Below are positions 1-10,212 of a stretch of DNA of 32,792 nucleotides, one piece after another. The stretch is from Craspedostauros australis. Taxonomy: Eukaryota. Location of the stretch: positions 1 to 32,792 of the forward strand of contig JALAGF010001169.1 of assembly GCA_030167865.1 (NCBI GenBank). Direction: 5' to 3'. Each line of letters opens with the position of its first letter. The stretch's first letter is position 1. A model generated the notes under the pieces. That model was given only the letters and a program-made list of their open reading frames with translations, was not told where the DNA came from and made no database searches. The position numbers and the translations under genes were made by a program.

Positions 1-486
1 TCTCTCTCGCTTTCGAAATGGGATTTCCCAAACTTGCGAAGACAACTCGCAACTGCACCTGCACCTGCAGCTGTACCTTTGGCCACGCCGGCAGTTCATC
101 CATTCAAGCCGTCCTCCCCGGTTTCAATTTGACGAGGGCGACGAATCATGCACGCATTCTGGCTGCTCCTCGCCATCCACTGCATTGTGAGAGTCCATCG
201 GATGACGCCGATCTCTTCCGATCTATCATACAAACGATGAGCCCGCAATGATCAGGAAGTGTGTAGGTATGTTGGTGCACAGAAAAAACAAACAAACTAA
301 GGCTGGCGCTTTAACGAATGGACCATACGACTGTGGGCATGGCACTCGAGCTTTCTATCGATTGACCTGAAGATTGGCACGACCGAGCAATGCGATTCTG
401 CCACACGTGAAGATGGGAGTAAGGCAGCCGGCAAGACGGAAGAATAGTTTCCGACGTTTGGGTTGACTGACCGTGAGCTCGCGGTC

Positions 487-1923
487 CTAACCAGCAAATT
501 CACAACAACGACGCCATTGATTGACCTGTATCCTCACGGCCTCGACGAGCGCCTGAGCTGGCGCACACAGCATAACATCGCGCGCCTTCAACTGAGAGTG
601 AACGGAAATCGCGGGATCGTACTCCTTCTGTATGTCTGCTCCAAGGTAGACGAAGGAATGATTGACACCTGAGAGCGCTGCAAGCGTCGAGAAATACCCT
701 CCGAGTGGATAGGAGCGCGGGACCACCTCGATGACCGAGCTGCAACGAGGCAGGAATGGGGTCAACGTTAGCATCGCGCCATGCGGCGTCAAAAGGATGT
801 CAATGTTCGATAATGCATGGACTTGCTGATCCAATTTCGTTTTCTCAAGTAAGAAAACCGGTGGCCTGTACGGCAGCTCAAGTTCGTCCTGCAGAAGCTC
901 AGAGATGCGATGCGCTCCAAGCAATCGCCTCGTGCCGTTGCGATTGCCTATGACGATCCGGGGTATGCCGCGCGATGCAGCATGCGAGGCAGTGCTTCCG
1001 CAGGCTTGGTCGATGATATTTTCCATTCCAAGCGCAGACATGGTGAGCCGTTTGACATGATACATGTCATCTTCATGGACCATCCGATACCCACCGTATT
1101 TGATGGCGTCGGCATGCTCAGTGATGATATTCCCTCGCGCAACGATATCCTCGACTTGCGAGGAGTTTGTTTCCTCAACGGATTCATTCACCGAGCTGCG
1201 GATGATGGTGACGTTGCTCGCTTCCAACACGTCCATCACACCCTCCATGAGAGGAGCCCTGTGAAAGATCCACTCTTCGAAGGGCTCCGTTTTATCCAAA
1301 ATATGGTGCGCATTCGGGAATCGTCGCCACAGCGAGAAGCATGGGAAGATGTTCTGCATGAGATGCGGGAAGTGATGGGCAAGGCCGCGATCACTCATCC
1401 TGCATGTGACTGTCTTGATTTGGGTGGTAGCAACGTCCACGGAAACGTTGGCAGCAGCACCTCCACTTTCCAGTGAATCGATGCCACTATTTTCATTGGT
1501 TGCGGCACCGCCTTGATTCCACAGTGCCGTGAGGTTGCCACGCATGAAGAGTAAGACATCCTCCAGACGATAGGACTTGGGGGAGTTGGTGAAAGTCAAT
1601 GTATGGGGCAGTGACTTGTCGAAGTTGTTGCATTGATTGGGGTCGTCCTCATATGTATCGATTGGCCACTGCAACATGAATTGCGGGAAATCTTCGAAGT
1701 GATCGGTGATTGCATCAATGTTTGCATCAATGTTTGCTGGGGACTTGGCGTGGTTGTCATAGCTGAGATCATTGTACGCGAGTTGGAGCAACTTGAGCCC
1801 ATTTGACGAGGTTCTCCAGTTGATGCACGAAAGAGCGATGACGGAGGCAACCGCGATCAGCCGGGCGGCTTTCTGCTTGCAGAACATGGAAGGATTCTTG
1901 TTGGAACTCGGGTCGCGACGCAT
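487..1923 (-). CDS. Glycosyltransferase family 61-like (DUF563) type II membrane protein, copy A
   Basis: 478-aa ORF with an N-terminal anchor (LIAVASVIALSCINW), an HHFPH motif, IVIGNRNGTRRL, and the C-terminal GT61-type signature QQVHALSNIDILLTPHGAMLTLTPFLPRCSSVIEVVP. A near-identical paralog lies at 2933-4324. Confidence 0.8.
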   Translation of the reverse strand: MRRDPSSNKNPSMFCKQKAARLIAVASVIALSCINWRTSSNGLKLLQLAYNDLSYDNHAKSPANIDANIDAITDHFEDFPQFMLQWPIDTYEDDPNQCNNFDKSLPHTLTFTNSPKSYRLEDVLLFMRGNLTALWNQGGAATNENSGIDSLESGGAAANVSVDVATTQIKTVTCRMSDRGLAHHFPHLMQNIFPCFSLWRRFPNAHHILDKTEPFEEWIFHRAPLMEGVMDVLEASNVTIIRSSVNESVEETNSSQVEDIVARGNIITEHADAIKYGGYRMVHEDDMYHVKRLTMSALGMENIIDQACGSTASHAASRGIPRIVIGNRNGTRRLLGAHRISELLQDELELPYRPPVFLLEKTKLDQQVHALSNIDILLTPHGAMLTLTPFLPRCSSVIEVVPRSYPLGGYFSTLAALSGVNHSFVYLGADIQKEYDPAISVHSQLKARDVMLCAPAQALVEAVRIQVNQWRRCCEFAG

Positions 1924-1971
1924 GGTGTGAGGTGCGAGCAGTCGTATAGTAGTGGCAAGGTGATGTCAGGA

Positions 1972-2040
1972 TGTTGCTATTGTTGCTATTGTTGCTATTG
2001 TTGCTATTGTTGCTATTGTTACTGTTGTTGCTGCTGCTGC
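1972..2040. repeat. 9-bp minisatellite (TGTTGCTAT)x5 running into (GTT/GCT)n
   Basis: Five perfect units at 1972-2016, read directly; located in the 5' leader of GT61 copy A. Confidence 0.95.
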
Positions 2041-2932
2041 GGTTGAGATGGAATATCCTTCGTTCGCTGCCGACCGTCGGCTGCCAACTTTTGGATCTTG
2101 GAGCCTTGGCTCAATTGAAGGCAAGGGAGAGTAGAAGGTTGCTGCCGCGGTTGTTGTAGTATAACTGTCGTCGGTATCATAGAGTAGGTATACGTGCGAG
2201 CCAAGTTGCGATCGCACGTCAGTCTCTGGTTGGAGACAATCGCATTGGCGAGGTGGATGTGGTGCTTGCGACTGCCTTGCCACCACCGCCGGACTCTCCT
2301 GTCCGAGTCGTGGTATCAGTCGTGAGATGAGTTGCCACGTGTTCTGTCCATTTGGATCCATCGCTTGAAGACTAAAAAAGGCGCCAAACAACGAAAATGT
2401 CCAATTCGATGTCGTCATCACAAGTCGCCCTTCTTTTTGCGTTTGCCCCTCATCTTTTCGTTTGTTGCCCCATTTTCGAGATGAGCGGCTCGTTTGATGC
2501 GTCTTGCAGGTGGTACCCGCTGTCTCCATGCTCGAGAAGAACACCTACCAACCACTGCACGAGTATTTCGAGAGCCTCCATTGAGCTCTTTCAGTCTGCG
2601 CACGGTGATTCCACAATGACAGGAATTGGAATTAGCAGATTCATGCACACCAGTGCTACGACTAGTCGTATGCGTATCGGGTAAAGTGTGTGTGAAATAT
2701 GTAAATTCAAGGAGGAGGCAGCTTAGGTGGGTACATTTGATGGATTGCCCCAACGGTTACTGGGATGGCATGCGAGCAGTCCATCGATCGATCGATCTGA
2801 AGATTGGTACTACTACTATGCATATGTATAAGAACTGCTTGTGCGACTGAGAAATGCGGTTCTGCGACGCCTGGAGATGAGAGAGAGGAATGATCGCCGA
2901 CGTTTGTGCTGACTGACCGTGAGCTCGCGGTC

Positions 2933-4324
2933 CTAACCAGAAAATTCACAACAACGACGCCATTGATCGACCTGTATCCTCACGGCCTCGACGAGCACAT
3001 GAGCTGGCGCACACAGCAGAGCATCACGTGCCTTCAACTGATCGTGAACGGATAATGTGGGATCATACTCATTGTGCATATCCGCTCCAAGGTAGATGAA
3101 GGAATGATTGACACCTGAGAGCGCTGTCAGCGTCGAGAAATACCCTCCGAGTGGATAGGCGAACGGGACCACCTCGATGACCGAGCTGCAACGAGGCAGG
3201 AATGGAATCAATGTCAGCATCGCGCCGTGCGGCGACAGCAGGATGTCGATGTTGGAGAACGCCTGCACTTGCTGTTTGAACGTGGTATTCTCAAGGAAGA
3301 AAATCGGTGGCCTGTATGGCAGCTCAAAATTTTCCTGCAGAAGCTCAGAGATGAGGTGCGCTCCAAGCAATCGCCTCGTGCCGTTGCGATTGGAGACGGC
3401 GATCCGAGGTATGCGGCGCGATGCGGCATGCAAGGCAGTGCTTCCACAGGCTTGGTCAGTGACATTGCTCAAACCAAGCGCAGACATGGTGAGTCGTTTG
3501 ACATGATACATGTCATCTTCCTGGACCATCCGATACCCACCGTATTTGATGGCGTCGGCGTGCGCAGTGATGATGTTCCCACGCACTACGATGTCCTCGA
3601 CTTGCGAGGAGTTTGTTTCCTCGACGGATTCATTCGCCGAGCTGCGGATGATGGTGACGTTGCTCGCCCTTAATACGTCCATCATGCCCCTGATGAGGGG
3701 AGCGGTGTGAAAGAACCACTCATCGAAACGCTCCGTTTTATCCAAAATATGGTGCGCATTCGGGAATCGTCGCCACAGCGAGAAGCATGGGAAGATGTTC
3801 TGCATGAGATGCGGGAAGTGATGGACGTAGCTGCGATCACTCATCCTGCACGTGGCTTTCTTGACTTGGTTGTTTTCATTGGTTGCAGCACCGCCTTGAT
3901 TCCACATCCCCGTGAGGTTGCCGCGCATGAAATGGAAGACGTCCCTCAGACCGTAGGACTTCGGAGAGTCGGTGAAAGTCAATGTGTGCGGCAACGATTT
4001 GTCGAAGATGTCGCATTGAATCGTTTTGTTCTTGAACGTTTCGATCGGCCACTGCAACATGAATTGCGGGAAATCTGCGAAGTGATCGGCGATTGCATTG
4101 GCCCTTGTTGGATGCTTGGCGGGGTGATCCGAGTTCACATCATCGTCCGAGTACGAGAGCGAGAGGAACTCCAATGTATGCATAGCAACTCCCCAGTTGA
4201 TCCACGAAAGAGCAATGATGGAGGTAGCTGCGATCAGCCGGGTGGCGTTCTGTCGGCAGAAGATGGAAGGATCCTTGTTGCGACGCATGTTGTGAGGTAG
4301 CCGTTCGAGTATTGGTAGTGGCAT
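2933..4324 (-). CDS. Glycosyltransferase family 61-like (DUF563) type II membrane protein, copy B
   Basis: Same motifs as copy A (NIDILLSPHGAMLTLIPFLPRCSSVIEVVP). The ORF-track start at 4372 is TTG. The first ATG is at 4324, and the ATG homologous to copy A's start is at 4288. Confidence 0.8.
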   Translation of the reverse strand: MPLPILERLPHNMRRNKDPSIFCRQNATRLIAATSIIALSWINWGVAMHTLEFLSLSYSDDDVNSDHPAKHPTRANAIADHFADFPQFMLQWPIETFKNKTIQCDIFDKSLPHTLTFTDSPKSYGLRDVFHFMRGNLTGMWNQGGAATNENNQVKKATCRMSDRSYVHHFPHLMQNIFPCFSLWRRFPNAHHILDKTERFDEWFFHTAPLIRGMMDVLRASNVTIIRSSANESVEETNSSQVEDIVVRGNIITAHADAIKYGGYRMVQEDDMYHVKRLTMSALGLSNVTDQACGSTALHAASRRIPRIAVSNRNGTRRLLGAHLISELLQENFELPYRPPIFFLENTTFKQQVQAFSNIDILLSPHGAMLTLIPFLPRCSSVIEVVPFAYPLGGYFSTLTALSGVNHSFIYLGADMHNEYDPTLSVHDQLKARDALLCAPAHVLVEAVRIQVDQWRRCCEFSG

Positions 4325-4650
4325 TGTCGTAGCGATGTCAGGATGTTGCTGCTGCTGCTGCGACTGCCGCAACGAGTATGTTTGGGACGGGTTGTCGTTT
4401 GTTCGCTGCCGGAGGTTGGCTCAATTGATTGATGCTGTTCGTATGAGTAGGTGAGCAGTCTGAGTGGAAGCGGCGCAAATTGAGCCACCACCAATGACGA
4501 TACTCGTGCCTTGGACTCGTATAGCCGTAGTAGTGTGCAGGTACTGATAATGTTCCGAGGAGAACTCCGGAAATACACGGTATGAGGAGAGTATCGTATT
4601 GGTTGGTATTGGATGCCAGGTTGTTGGGGCAACGGATACCAGGTGGTTGC

Positions 4651-4677
4651 TGTTGTTGTTGTTGTTGTTGTTGTTGT
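4651..4677. repeat. (TGT)9 microsatellite
   Basis: Read directly; it is CAA-rich on the minus strand, upstream of GT61 copy B. Confidence 0.95.
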
Positions 4678-5251
4678 GAGATGGTAGACGGCAGGAGCAT
4701 CGCACTTGTGATTGGGATTGTGAATTGCAGATTGCAGATTGCGGATCGCACGGTTGAGTTGACCCGGTTGGTGAGATTGATGTGTTCACACGAGTCCGCG
4801 TGTTCTTTCCACACCGATCGTGCAACCCACCGAGTCGTGGTTTCGAGTCACGAGCTTGTTTCCCGCGATTTCCATTTGCCCATTCCTTTGTTCGAATAAA
4901 AAATTGCGCGGTTCACGAGCACGCTCATTCATGTGATGTTGTCATTGCCCCCAAACAATGATGACAGCGACGACAACGATCACGACGACACCGATGATGG
5001 CAAAGAACAAAGTCAACTCTTCTCCACGCATCTTCAGTTACAATACGAGCATTGTGGTCGGAGACAAAAGCAATCACAGGCAACACCAACAGCACATTGA
5101 CAACACAACCCCATCTTGCACAATCAAGCTCACTCAAGCCCACTCAATCACAGTCACGCCAAGCTGAGTCCTCTGGAGTAGAGAACGGTCAAGCGCAGCA
5201 TCTCGAAAGAGCACAGCAAAAGCCAAAGCCATTCAAGCGGAAGCCAACAAA

Positions 5252-6196
5252 ATGACATTTCGGTTGCCATCGCAGATGCGATCCGCAAAGACATCATCGC
5301 GCAATTGGTCGACGATTCTACCGATCGTGGTTGGCTTTGCAATGGTCATAACTGTACTCCAGTTTGGCAGGTACACAGACAACATCAACCAGATCAACAA
5401 TGCAGCAACCTACGCAGTCCCTTCGTCGCAACAGGAATCGCGACCAAAACCACCGCCTCTCAAAACCAAGGCGACGCATTGCATCCGAGATCTTCCCGAA
5501 GAGCTCTACATGTCGCAAAGGGAAGAAGACAAGCTCATGCTCGAACGGTGGTTCACAAATCTCTGCGGCGGCACCTACATCGAGATGGGAGGCCTCGATG
5601 GCCAAACCCTCAGCAATACGTACGTCTTCAACAAGGGACTGGGCTGGAATGGAGTGCTCGTCGAGGCGGATCCCATCAGCTACGCCAACTTGAAGAAGAA
5701 CCGCCCCAACGAAATCGCCGCAATCCACGCAGGCGTCTGTCTGCAGGAGCGCGATTTGCACTGGGTCCAGGTCGACATCAACCCTCCCGTGTCGGGATTC
5801 CTAGAATTCGCGGCCAAGGACTTCATGGAGAAGTGGTGGCCGCAGCGTTTCATCGACAACGCCATGGTCGTCAAATGCCGCCGGCTGGATACTCTCCTTC
5901 ACAAAGCCGTGGGCAAGTCCTTCCATTTCGATTTCTTCTCGCTCGATGTGGAAGGCGCCGAGCTGCTGGCCCTGCAGTCGCTCAATTTCGATGAGTACCA
6001 ATTCGGTCTCATCTTCGTCGAGGCGGACGGGACCAACGGCCGCAAGGATCAGGCCATCAAGACCATCCTGGGGCAGGCTGGATACGATTTCGTTGGCACG
6101 ATGAATCGGTCCAACTGGTTCGTCAACAGAAACTTTCATCTCATCTACAGCGACGTCATCTACAGCGGCGACAAAGGAGCCAAGGCCAGCAAGTAA
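5252..6196 (+). CDS. FkbM-family (Methyltransf_21) SAM-dependent methyltransferase, type II membrane-anchored
   Basis: 314 aa with a TM segment (ILPIVVGFAMVITVLQF) and motifs SQREED, TYIEMGGLDGQTLSNT, LGWNGVLVEADP and FDFFSLDVEGAEL. Strong C/G third-position bias. Confidence 0.88.
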   Translation: MTFRLPSQMRSAKTSSRNWSTILPIVVGFAMVITVLQFGRYTDNINQINNAATYAVPSSQQESRPKPPPLKTKATHCIRDLPEELYMSQREEDKLMLERWFTNLCGGTYIEMGGLDGQTLSNTYVFNKGLGWNGVLVEADPISYANLKKNRPNEIAAIHAGVCLQERDLHWVQVDINPPVSGFLEFAAKDFMEKWWPQRFIDNAMVVKCRRLDTLLHKAVGKSFHFDFFSLDVEGAELLALQSLNFDEYQFGLIFVEADGTNGRKDQAIKTILGQAGYDFVGTMNRSNWFVNRNFHLIYSDVIYSGDKGAKASK

Positions 6197-9100
6197 TTGA
6201 AACTCAGCGTTACTTGCATTCGCCAAGGAGGATCCGCCCCCCTTCGCTACAATTGGATTACGGCAGTATCATATTATCGTAACAAGTGTTAATTACATCA
6301 TAGTATCGTGGAGTGGTCTCTCACGAACAAACGAAGGAGAGAGAGAGAGCCAGAGAGGACGTGCTGTAGTAGGACTGCGTTATGCCATATGTACGAGTGC
6401 GCCACTCACAGGTCCGAGTGTGCTTGCTTGGTATAGGTCGTACTCCTGGTACAAGAGAGTGTGGTACGCTCTGTCTCTGTTTTGCTCGGTCTGCGCTTTG
6501 TTTGAGTTGAATGTGATCTCTAGTCTACTATGTACTGTACGAGACCAGTCTGCATGTCACCCGCGAGTTCTAGTCGTGCTTTTAGTTCATCATAATAAAC
6601 GTCTGTCTTCAACAATCAGTCTGTGATGGTACGACGGAGTCTACTTATGGAAAGTAGAGTTTTAACGGCCCTTTTTCGTCCGTATGTCATCAGTAGGAGG
6701 AACAGATATGACGTCACAGTCGTGTTTTATCAGACGTGCCAAAACAAGTCTTGTTCCATCCCGTCTTTTGGTCACAAATTGAGAGACGGCTCCACGAAAA
6801 ACCAAACAAACGACAAGACAGAGCAGACAGAGCACAGCGTACCGCAGCGAGCCCAGACAGGCACTCTTGCGTGATGCTGTCGTGCGACCTCCGCAGGATC
6901 GGTGACCTGCTGAGCTCTGTGACTCAATGTTGTCTCTGATTGTGGTTGGCAGAAGCGTGCGCCAACGTTTCCAAACCGTCATGATGCAACTGCACAGAGT
7001 GAAGCCGATTTGCACATGGATGGATGCGGACTGGCCCCAACGCCAGTTCCACCCGCCAACCCAGCCACCACAAGAGACCATTCCTTTCCTCGCTGGTCAG
7101 CATGATGCTTTGTCCGCCACGCGGGTGTTGCTTTGCTTTCCCAACCGAGAGCCAGATGCTGTGTGGATTGCTGGTTGCGACGCGAGCGGTATTCCTGTTT
7201 GGCGGGAAGTGATGGAATGTCCACAAGAACGATGCCAGAAGAGACTTGTCACCCCCTGGTGATGATGGCACAGTTCTCTGGCGCTTTGTGAAAACCTGGG
7301 CTGGGGTGTCGCCGGAAGCATGGACTCACTTTGTCAAAGAACTCCCCACAGGATTGCTTTCTGGAGATTTGATTTCGAGCACACAGTTGTTGGAAAAGGA
7401 CTTGTAGTCGTACGAGCTACGCACAACTCAGCACGAGTTACTTCCGTACGTACATGCCTATCATGACATTGTCATATGTATCCATATGTTTGCCTATTTT
7501 TGCATGCGCTCCGCACTGCCTCCCCAGAGCAGCGCTTCGTTGCGTTGCTCTCGTGGGAACCAAACATGACGCGCTACATCCACCGATGCTCTTGCACGCC
7601 GTGACGGTACGCTGTGCTCTGCGCTACTTGTACTCCGCGCGTACGTGTACGCTGCTCTGTTTCAATGAACAATAATTTGTTCGTGGGCATGGGTGGGTGA
7701 AGACGAGCGCATTCGCACTTGCAACGCAACGGCAACTTCAACACTGCCTGAGCAGCGAGGTTCGGCAACTTGTTGCTGCGACCAGAGTTTGTCACAAGTA
7801 AGAAACGTACTCGGAACAGGTGCGGAAACGAGCCAAGAGATGCACAAAGAGAACAACATCAGGTTCGGCGAAGAAAGGATGGGGCAGCACAGGTGTTCAG
7901 AACGGAATAGAAAACTGTGATGGGAATGGCATGATCTGTCGGACCGTCCCAATGTGCACTCGAGATAAATAACCGTCATGCTCCACCGTTCGCGACGAGC
8001 TGTGGCGCAACCAAGATCACGAGAGTTGTGGAACAGCTCCAATCTATTCACATCCAAGCATGCCGTCAGGGCCTCCCGGCTGCGTACTAACACCCCACAC
8101 AGAACACAGAACGCAGAGAGAGAGAGAGAACGGGAAAGAGAGAGAATGAGAGGAACGGGTCCGTAGTCGGAATCGTTGATTCTCTGTGGAGCAATTGTTG
8201 TGGCAACAGCGGTTGCATGCAACCCCCACTGGCGGAAATGGCGCGGAGTGCGTATTCCCGACAGTCCCGAGGAATAGCATTCCGCACGAATGGCCAAGAG
8301 GGAAGGAACGGTTGTCTTCGTTTTGGCGTTGGTTGGTGGTGCTTGACGTTGGTTGGCGTTGCTTGGTGTTGCTGTCTGTGTGGTGAGGGCGGGCTCTCGA
8401 AATAGCAGGAAGACAAAGAGCAACAAATTGCTGCTTCTCGTGTTTGTTCTGTGCGCCGTTTGTCGCTGTGTTTCCTCACTTTTCTCGCCGTTCTGCCTTC
8501 GCATATTGCTTCGCATTTGAGGTGCAAGTTGGCGATGGGATTGCGCGACAGTTATCCTCAACAACCACTGCGTAGCAAAGCACCAAGAGAACAGCGGTAC
8601 TCCATCCTGCGATGGCTAAGCACCAAAGTGCGAAGTTTGTCCTTGCCGAGTACGTGAAGGCGATCCGTTCGCTCCCCCAGAGAACTAGCTGGGCACGGTG
8701 CGCGCTCCGTCCCCAACAACGGCACAAAGCATGGTGCCACGCCATGTTTGCGGTCATTTTCGGATTCGAATTGAACTCAGAACGGCTTTCTTCTTCCAGA
8801 TGGCGCTGTGTGGACAACATCATGACGCTATCTGGCGTGGGCGCGGTTGCTGACTTCCCGCGTTTGCCTGTACTATGGTGACGCAATCGATTGTTGCATC
8901 AAGTCCTGTCGGTTTCTATCCTCCTCCTGTGCTGGCATGGTCCTCCACAACGTCGAAAGTGCAATTCGCGTCTGGACGGTGCAACATGGAGGAATTCGGG
9001 TTTGGGCTGTTGTTCGATGAACAATTGGGCCCATGTTCCTTGAGTTTCCAGAGAACATGAAGAGCTATGCGCTTCGTTAGAAAGCTTATGATTCTTGCGC

Positions 9101-9621
9101 TAATATTCTGAGGTCAAGAACCGCACTAAGTATGGGGTGTCACATACGATTGGACCACATAACGACTCGGGAACCCCGTTTTCGTCCTGGAAGGGTGAAG
9201 TTCGCCATGGCAGCCAACGACCATCGGCATTTTTCATGGTGGCGCAGAGAGGGACAAGGGGAAATAGCACGCTGGCGAACACGCCGTCATGCGCAAACAG
9301 ACAGAGATCTGCCGAGTTTGTGGTCATGTTCGTGGGTATGTTTGGGGATGAGTGCGGATTGTGAGGGTGTGTGGGTGAGCGTGCGAGATGTGTTGGTGGT
9401 CCACGATGGCAATACTTGTAGACGTATCGCCAACAACGTCTCATTCCCTTTCCGCGCTTGTTTTGTGCGTAACGCAACACCACATGACCCATTTGTTCGT
9501 CCCAAACCAAATGTGAAACCTGCCACATCTCCTCATAAAATCAAAATCGATACAAACGCAACAACAACTTACCAACAAACAACAGCAGCAGCAACAGCAA
9601 CAACAACAACAAGTTTACAAC

Positions 9622-10212
9622 ATGGCTCCACGATCATCTTACTACGCCAACCCAAGCGACCAGTTCGTCATCTCCAGCCCACCACGAGCACACACCAAGT
9701 TCAGCAGCAACAGCAGCATCGCTGTTCACGGCAACGACTGCTCTCCCCAATGCGCATCCGCTCCACAACAGCAACAGCACCAGCAGCAGCACAGCCCACG
9801 ACGCGTCGCCTTTGCTCTGGAAGAGACCGTCATCAACGAGATTCCCAACCGCGACGACTTCACCTCAGCCGAGAAGTCGCAGTCATGGTACTCGAAGCAA
9901 GAGCTTGAGAGCATCCGACGCGACATCCGGGCACTCGTCAGCCGCCTGCAAGCCGGCGAGACGATCAGCGCAAGCGAGGCCTGCATTCGAGGAATCGAAG
10001 CCAGGATCATGCCAACTGCGCAGAAGAAGATCCGCAACGCCCTCAAGGAGCAGTGCATCAAGCTGGTCCTCGAGGAGCAGGGCCGCCAGTGGGATAGCTT
10101 CGAGTGCGACGCCGACGCCATCGCCAAGGTCTCCACCAGGATCACCCAGCAGTGCCAATCAATCGCCTTTCGTCTTGGACGGGCCGATTTCCGCGAGTCT
10201 CGCAGACGCTAG
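9622..10212 (+). CDS. Uncharacterised diatom-type protein (RVxF / WY / RGIE / EQxxQW family), paralog 1
   Basis: 196 aa with a CAA-rich leader and coding-type codon bias. The motif order RRVAF...WYSKQE...CIRGIE...VLEEQGRQW...AF-x-x-GR-x-D is shared with 14205-14873. Confidence 0.85.
   Translation: MAPRSSYYANPSDQFVISSPPRAHTKFSSNSSIAVHGNDCSPQCASAPQQQQHQQQHSPRRVAFALEETVINEIPNRDDFTSAEKSQSWYSKQELESIRRDIRALVSRLQAGETISASEACIRGIEARIMPTAQKKIRNALKEQCIKLVLEEQGRQWDSFECDADAIAKVSTRITQQCQSIAFRLGRADFRESRRR

Larger units (their letters stand above)
10..2420. repeat. Tandem duplication unit 1 (~2.45 kb; GT61 gene plus both flanks)
   Basis: Colinear similarity to ~2470-4930 in the CDS, the 3' flank (GACTGACCGTGAGCTCGCGGTCCTAACCAG is identical) and upstream motifs. 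Stop codons are offset by 2446 bp. Boundaries are approximate. Confidence 0.85.
2470..4930. repeat. Tandem duplication unit 2
   Basis: Homologous to ~10-2420 (see unit 1). Boundaries are approximate. Confidence 0.85.

Noticed and set aside
6709-6716. Perfect CRE palindrome TGACGTCA
   Set aside because: A single 8-mer far from any start codon, expected by chance in 33 kb.
7662-8564. 300-aa minus-strand ORF
   Set aside because: No recognisable motif, runs through a GA microsatellite, and lacks the codon bias of real genes.
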